A stretch of DNA of 64,000 nt from Octopus vulgaris (Eukaryota). The stretch spans positions 165,726,001-165,790,000 of the forward strand of contig OX597814.1 of assembly GCA_951406725.2 (NCBI GenBank), in the 5' to 3' direction. Below, one piece after another: positions 54,975-62,700 of the stretch; the stretch's first letter is position 1, and each line of letters begins with the position of its first letter. A program made the position numbers and the translations under genes. Below the pieces are notes generated by a model, which saw nothing but the letters and a program-made list of their open reading frames with translations, was not told where the DNA came from and did no database searches.

Positions 54975-57900
54975 GTATATATCATCATCATCATCATCAT
55001 CGTTTAACGTCCGCTTTCCATGCTAGCATGGGTTGGACGGTTCAACTGGGGTCTGGCAAGCCCGAAGGCTACACCGGCCAGTCGGATCTGGCAGTGTTTC
55101 TACAGCTGGATGCCCTTCCTAACGCCAACCACTCCGAGAGTGTAGTGGGTGATTTTATGTGCCACCGACACAGGTGCCAGACGAGGCTGGCAGACGGCCA
55201 CGCTCGGATGGTGTTTTTTATGTGCCACCGACACAGGTGCCAGAGGAGGCTGGCAGACGGCCACGCTCGGATGGTGTTTTTTATGTGCCACCGACACAGG
55301 TGCCAGACGAGGCTGGCAGACGGCCACGCTCGGATGGTTTTTTTTATGTGCCACCGACACAGGTGCCAGACAAGGCTGGCAGACGGCCACACTCGGAAAT
55401 GGTGTTTTCAGTGTTTTTCTTATGTGCCACCGACACAGGTGCCAGACGAGGCTGGCGAACGGCTACGATCGGATGGTGTTTGTTACGTGCCCACGGCACG
55501 GAGGCCAGTCGATGCGGTACTGGCTACGGTCCCGTTCGGATGGTTTTCTTATGCGCCACCGGCACTGGTACCACAAGGATACAAATTCCATTGATGTTCA
55601 TCTATTTTGATTTGGTTTGACTTGATTCGATTTGACTTTGATTTGATTTGCCTCAACAGGTCTTCACAAGCGTCACAAGCAGGAAGGTATGCACAGGTGG
55701 ACTGACTACGTCCCAGGTAGGGGCCACGGGTTATGGCTTCACTAGTCTTGCCGGGTCTTCTCACGCACAGCATACTTCCATAGGTCTCGGTCTCTAGTCA
55801 TTTCCATGGTGAGACCTAACGTTCGAAGGTCGTGCTTCACCACCTCGTCCCAGGTTTTCCTGGGTCTACCTCTTCCACGGGTTCCCTCAACTGCTAGGGA
55901 TTGGCACTTTCTCACACACCTATCTTCTTCCATTCTCGCCACATGACCATACCAGCGCAATCGTCTCTCTTGCACGCAACAACTGATGCTTCTTAGGTAC
56001 AACATTTCTCTCAGGGAACTAACGCTCTGTCGAGTAAGTACACTGACATTACACATCCATCGGAGCATACTGGCTTCATTCCTCATGAGCTTACGCATGT
56101 CCTCAGCAGTCACGGCCCATGTTTCACTGCCATGTAGCATGGCAGTTCGAACACATGCATCATACAGTCTGCCCTTTACTCTGAGCGAGAGGCCTTTAGT
56201 CACCAGCAGAGGTAAGAGCTCGCTAAACTTTGCCCAGGCTATTCTTATTCTAGCAGTTACACTCTCAGCGCACCCACCCCCACTACTGACTTGGTCACCT
56301 AGATAACGGAAGCTATCAACTACTTCTAATTTTTCCCCCTGGAAAGTGACGGAAGTTGTTTTCTGCAGATTTTCGGAGGTCAATGCTCCCGAGCATCTGC
56401 CACATATAAAAACTATCTTCCCAGTTAGCCTACCTTTGACATTGCTGCACCTCTTATGTGTCCATAGCTTACACTTGGTACATCTTATAGAGTTTCTACC
56501 TACACCTTTTCTACAGATCGAGCAGGGCCATCTTCCTGAGGACATTTGTGGATTGCCTACCTTTCTACTTATTAGTACTTTGGTTTTAGCTAGGTTGACT
56601 CTAAGGCCCCTCGATTCTAAACCCTCCTTCCACACCTGGAACTTCTCCTCCAGTTCTGATAGTGACTCAGCAATTAGAGCGAGGTCGTCAGCATAGAGGA
56701 GCTCCCAGGGGCAACCTGTCTTGAATTCCTCTGTTATTGCCTGGAGGACTATGATAAATAGGAGGGGGCTGAGTACTGAACCCTGGTGGACCCCAACCTC
56801 TACTTTGAATTCTTCTGTGTACATGTTGCCAACCCTAACCTTGCTTATGGCATCTCTGTACATGGCTTGCACAGCCCTCACCTATCCCTAGTTTCCTCAT
56901 TGACCACCAGATGAGGGATCGGGGGACCGTATCAAAGGCTTTCTCCATGTCAACAAAAGCCAGGTACAGGGGCTTATCTTTGGCTGGGTATTTCTCCTGC
57001 AGCTGCCTTACCAGGAATATAGCATCAGTGGTGCTTTTCCCTGGCACAAACCCAAACTGCATCTCATCTAAACTAACTCTCTCTCTAATTAGTTGGGCTA
57101 TGACCCTCTCCGTAACCTTCATTACCTGATCCAACAACTTGATACCTCTGTAATTATTTGTATCTAGGGCGTCACCTTTACCTTTGTAGCAGTTGACTAG
57201 TACGCTGCTACACCAGTCCTTGGGTATGACTCCTTCGTGTATCACCTGGTTGACTATACGGGTGACTAGGTTATAGCCGACACTGCCAGATATTTTGAGC
57301 ATCTCTGCAGTAATTCCTGATAGGCCTGGGGCTTTCCCTGCCTTCATGCTTCTAATTGCCTTAGCTACCACAGAACTATCAACTTGGATAGCTGGTCCCT
57401 CTGTTGGGTCAACATTCGGCAGACTCTCTTTATCCCATTCATTTTCTTTATTCAGCAACCTTTCATAGTGGCATCTCCAAACCTCTCTCTTTGCATCCTC
57501 ATTTAGTGCAAGTGAACCATCATCCATGCGAACACACTTCTCTCCTACCACATCACGATTCTCTCTCACACACTGTCTTGCAACACGAAATACCTCAAGT
57601 CTTTCATCCTCACGGCGCAGAACATTGGCAAATTTTTTCTTATCCGCTTCCCCTCTGGCTAAATAAACCTGTCTCCTAGCTTCCCTTCTGGCTGTCTGAT
57701 ACAATTCCCTGCTACCACCGTTCTTCCAGTCCTTCCAAGCCTGTCTCTTTTGTCTAATAGCCCTGTCAACCACAGTGTTCCACCACCATGTTACTCTGGG
57801 TTGAGATGGTACTTTGCTCCATCCACAGATCTGGTCAGTGGCTGTCAGCAGATTGTCCCGTAGAAATCTCCAGTTGTCTTCCACATTAAGTGAAGCTATA

Positions 57901-59719
57901 GCCCCTTCTATTTCGTCAAAGGCTTTGAGTAGTATGTCTCTAAATCTCTGTCCATTTGCAGGATCTTTAAGCTTCCAGACCCTTCTCCTCCAAGCAGGTC
58001 TTCTTCTGGGCAACCATTTAGCTCTGATCCTGAAGTCGCTAACTACTAATCTATGTTGAGGAGTGCATTCTTCGCCTGGAAAGGTTTTGGCATTTATAAT
58101 CAGCCCTCTTTCCCTTTTTCTGGCAAGGATGTAGTCAATCTGGCTGGTGTGTCTGCCAGAACGGTAGGTGACTAGGTGAGAGGAGAGTTTCCTGAAGTTG
58201 GTATTGCAGACCATAAGGTCATTTGCATCGCAGAACTCCAGCAGCCTGGTTCCCTCCTCATTACGAGAGCCGAAACCGTAGCCTCCATGGACGCCATGGA
58301 AGCCCCCGACATGCCGTCCGACATGTCCATTGAAATCACCTGCCACGAAGAGAAGGTCACTGTCATTTGTCAATGAGGTAGTTCGCAATAGGGTGTCATA
58401 GAATTGGTCTTTTTATCCTTCCGGTAGCCTTGGTTGAGGGGCATATGCCGAGATGATGGTAACTGTCCTGTGGTGAAGGACTAATCTAATTTTAATTACT
58501 CTGTCACTTACTCTGACTACCTCAATTACCTTACCTACCCATTTCTCTGCAAGAAGTATACCCACACCTCCGACCCCGTCAGTGTTCCCTGCCCAGAAAA
58601 TCTTGTACCTGTGTTCCTTGCCTGTGAGGAGCCTAGCGGAACCTCCTCTCCACCTTACTTCCTGGATACAACATACATCCACACGCCTCCGTTCAAGCAG
58701 CTCTACAATCTCTCCAGACCTACCTTTCAATGTGCCAACATTGAGTGTGCCAACTCTGAGGGTGTGGGAGGTGTGGGCATCTGAGACCCTGGGATGAGGG
58801 GCAGCCGTGTCATGTACCTGAAAAGAAAGCTTGCATTTGGCAGATTTCATATGGAAACACTAGACTACAACCTGCATACATTTCACAATTTTTGCGCTAT
58901 ATGATCAGATAAAACCCTACATAGGTGCTAGTGGGGGTGGGGGTAGTTAAGTAAGACAGGGGTAGAACTTCCGGTATTTTGGTAGAAACTTCCGGTATTG
59001 GTGGAGGGGTTGGGAGGGTGGGCGAGAACATAGAGGCAACTAGTTTGAATATTATATTTAGGGGAAAATAATTAGATAGATGAAAGAGAGCCAGAGAGAG
59101 AATGAAAATAAATAATAAATACGGTATGATAATGATACGAGGGGGCAATATTTTGAGGGATAATGGAATAAACAACGAAGATGGCACTGAAAGAAACGGT
59201 AAACTTTAAAAGAATGCATTGAAGATGCCATGTTTTAGCGAAGGGAAACGAAAGGGGAACAGATTAGGGTTATCTAAACAAACGCTTAAAATATGAGAGT
59301 AGCAGTTGAGGTTTAAAGTCTTAACTGGCCATTTTGAAAATCCGTCTTTTCTATATATATATATATATACGACGGGCTTCTTTCAGTTTCTGTCTACCAA
59401 ATCCACTCACAAGGCTTTGGTCGGCACGAGGCTATAGTAGAAGACACTTGCCCAAGGTGCCATGCAGTGGGACTGAACCCGGAATCATGTGGTTGGTAAG
59501 CAAGCTATTTACTACACAGCCACTCCTACGCCTATTACTCATAACAAAAAATAAATCCCTCAATCTTTACTATTGTGTATATCATCTTTTATTTTATATG
59601 GATTTTATTGCTGAATGCTAACTATTTTCCAACATAGAATTATACTAGGTTAAATGTTGTCATATAAACATAATCAACACATTGGTAATTTCTTTAATGT
59701 ATTAAACAGTTGATCATGT

Positions 59720-59788
<69 letters not shown>

Positions 59789-62700
59789 TCTCTGTTGTAA
59801 TCTACTGGATCTTTGGTTGTGCTTCTGCAGGGACCTAATTGACGATTTAGAATGGAGATTTTTATTGACTGGTGGACTTGCTCTTGAAAACCCTTATAGT
59901 AACCCGGCTTCAGATTGGCTACCTGAGAAAAACTGGTCAGAAATTGTACGATGTTCTCAGTTATCTTCTTTACAAACATTCAGGGAACATTTTACAAACC
60001 ATGTAAGTATATTCACTCTGACATTTACTTTGTAATATTTAGTCCTACTCAGTCCTGACTGAACTAACCAAGGATGAAAGACATCCTAGTTTGTACCATC
60101 CCATGTTTTTATTAAAACATATGGAATTTGCATCACCGATCTGGAACCCCTATCTTGCCCAGGATATTAATCGTCTGGAAACTGTTCAGTGACGTACAAC
60201 CAAGAGAATACCCTCCATCAGGAATTTGCCAAATTCTGAACACCTTACTTCCCTGGGCATGGATACATTGAAACTCCGACGTCTGGCAGCTGACTTGGCA
60301 GACACCCATAAAATTATTAACCATCTTACAAACAATAACTCTGAGCACCTTTTCAAACTCCACCTGTCTAACACCCGTGGACATGTTTACAAAGTCTGAA
60401 AACAGCACAGCTCCCATGACTTTCGGAAACATTTTTTCATGCTAAGAGTTGCTGAAGTATGGAACAAACTGCCGACATCAGTTGTTAGTTGTCGGAGCAC
60501 TGTATCCTTCAAAACTTCCGTGCTTCCTGAAATTCACCAACACTACCCCTGATTTTCTCCCCTCCATACACACGCAAGCATGTATCTGACTAATACACTG
60601 TTCGCTTTCCAGACATTTGTACATTACTGCATATGCTTTATATGCACTTTTATCAAGTTGTGGTGCACCTGAGCACTATATACAATAATTTCATTATTAT
60701 CATTATTATTATATCTAGAACTATATTATTATCCATTGTAGGCTGTTATTTGAGAGAGATCTGACTGCTAATTCTAGCATAGGAGTACCACATGTTTCGT
60801 GTGTTGGTAAATGTGTGTGTGTGTGTGTGTGTGTGTGTTTTAATATATGGGCTATTGATAAATAAGAAAATGTAAATTAATGTGTGAGAGGGTGTGTATT
60901 AATGCATGTAAGTATGTATATTGATGTAATACATAGGATGTGTTATCATTGTGAGAGAAGGTGAATGCTAGTGTGTGAAGGAATGTGTTAAATGATGTGA
61001 GAAATGATGTATATTGATATGTAAGTGGGTTTGTATTTGTATCTTTGTATTAATATATGAAAGAATGTGTATAAATATGTAAAAAGAAGGTATATATTAT
61101 GTGAGAAGATATGTATCAAAGTGTTCAAATATATTGATATACAAGAGGATGTTTAATAATGTTTTTATAACAATGTTTCAGTAGTGTACCAGTGTATGGA
61201 AGGAAGGATGTATAGTATTGAGTGAAAGGAAGGATATATATTATGTGACAGGAAAGATGTATATTAATGCATGAAAGGATGCATAATGACATATAAGCAA
61301 ATGTATACTTGTTAGTATATTGGAGAAAGGTTATGTGTTGATGTGTTTGAGGATGTATGTTATTATGCAGGAGGGTGTTGTTGTTTAAACCCAGGTCAAA
61401 AACGATTGATAAAACTTAAGATCAAAGGTGTTCCAGCCTTAAATATTTTTATGTTTGTTGGCATAATATATCAGGGACTATAAGGTGGTGAGCTGGCAGA
61501 ATCGTTAGCACACTGGGTGAAATACTTAGCAGTATTTCGTCTGCCGTTACGTTCTGAGTTCAAATTCCACCGAGGTCGACTTTGCCTTTCATCCTTTCGG
61601 GGTCGATAAATTAAGTACCAGTTACGCACTGGGATCGATGTAATCGACTTAATCCGTTTGCCTGTCCTTGTTTGTCCCCTCTGTGTTTAGCCCCTTGTGG
61701 GTAGTAAAGAAATAGGTATTTCATCTGTTTTTACATTCTGAGTTCAAATTCTGCCGAGGTCAACTTTGCTTTTCATCCTTTCGGGGTCAATAAATTAAGT
61801 ACCAGTTGCATACTGGAGTCAATCTAATCAACTGGCCCCCTCCCCAAAAATTTCGGGCCTTGTGCCTAGAGTAGAAAAGAATATATCAGGGACTACATGA
61901 TTCAATGCATCTTTCCATTTTTTAAAGACAACAGACTCTGATTTCAGAGAGATTTAGTTGCCATCTTTAGCAGGGGGGACTGCATAGTGGCTCTCTTGTT
62001 GGCTCATGCAGAAGGATGTGCATTGATGCAGTGGGTGGTATGTAATAATGAGTATTAAAATGTATTATGTAGATGTGTGTGTTAATGGGTGTTTACAATT
62101 GTAGTTGTATTGAGCAAATAGGTGTTTATAATTGTATGGCTGAGTAAGCAGATGTGTATAGAATAGGAGGTTTTTCACCTGTGCGATGTATGTATAAGTG
62201 AATGTATTTTTACACATACAGGCATTAGTTTATCTAATATACTTTTGTTTCAGTTGCAAGAATGGAAAGCAGTCTATGACTCCCCACAACCACACCAAAT
62301 GAAATACCCATCTCCCTCTGGAGAGGAACTGACACAGCTTCAAGAACTCTTAGTTCTCCGTTGTCTTCGTCCTGATAAGGTAGACATATTTCATCATCAT
62401 CATCATCATCATCATCGTTTAACGTCTGTTTTCCATGCTAGCATGGGTTGGACAGTTCGACCGGGGTCTGGGAAGCCAGGAGGCTGCACCAGGCTCCAGT
62501 CTGATCTGGCAGTGTTTCTACAGCTGGATGCCCTTCCTAATGCCAACCACTCCGTGAGTGTAGTGGGTGCTTTTTACATGCCACTGGCACAGGTACCAGG
62601 GGAGGCTGGCAACAGCTACAATCGGTTGTTGCTTTTTACATGCCACCAGCACGGAAGCCAGTCAAGGTGGCGCTGGCATCAACCACGTACAGATGGTGCT

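Larger units (their letters stand above)
54981..59351 (-). mobile_element. Near full-length RTE-clade LINE (~4.4 kb), antisense to the host gene
   Basis: ~500-nt 5' UTR, APE endonuclease plus RT coding region, 3' UTR with tandem repeat, terminal stem-loop and (GAT)n tail; both ends abut (TA)n. Confidence 0.92.

Noticed and set aside
56835-56890. Programmed frameshift between the two RT ORFs
   Set aside because: No slippery heptamer is visible and conserved residues are missing at the junction, which fits a small deletion.
59180-59351. HDV-like ribozyme at the RTE 5' end
   Set aside because: These are known in some RTEs, but I could not build the nested P1/P2/P3 pairing by eye.
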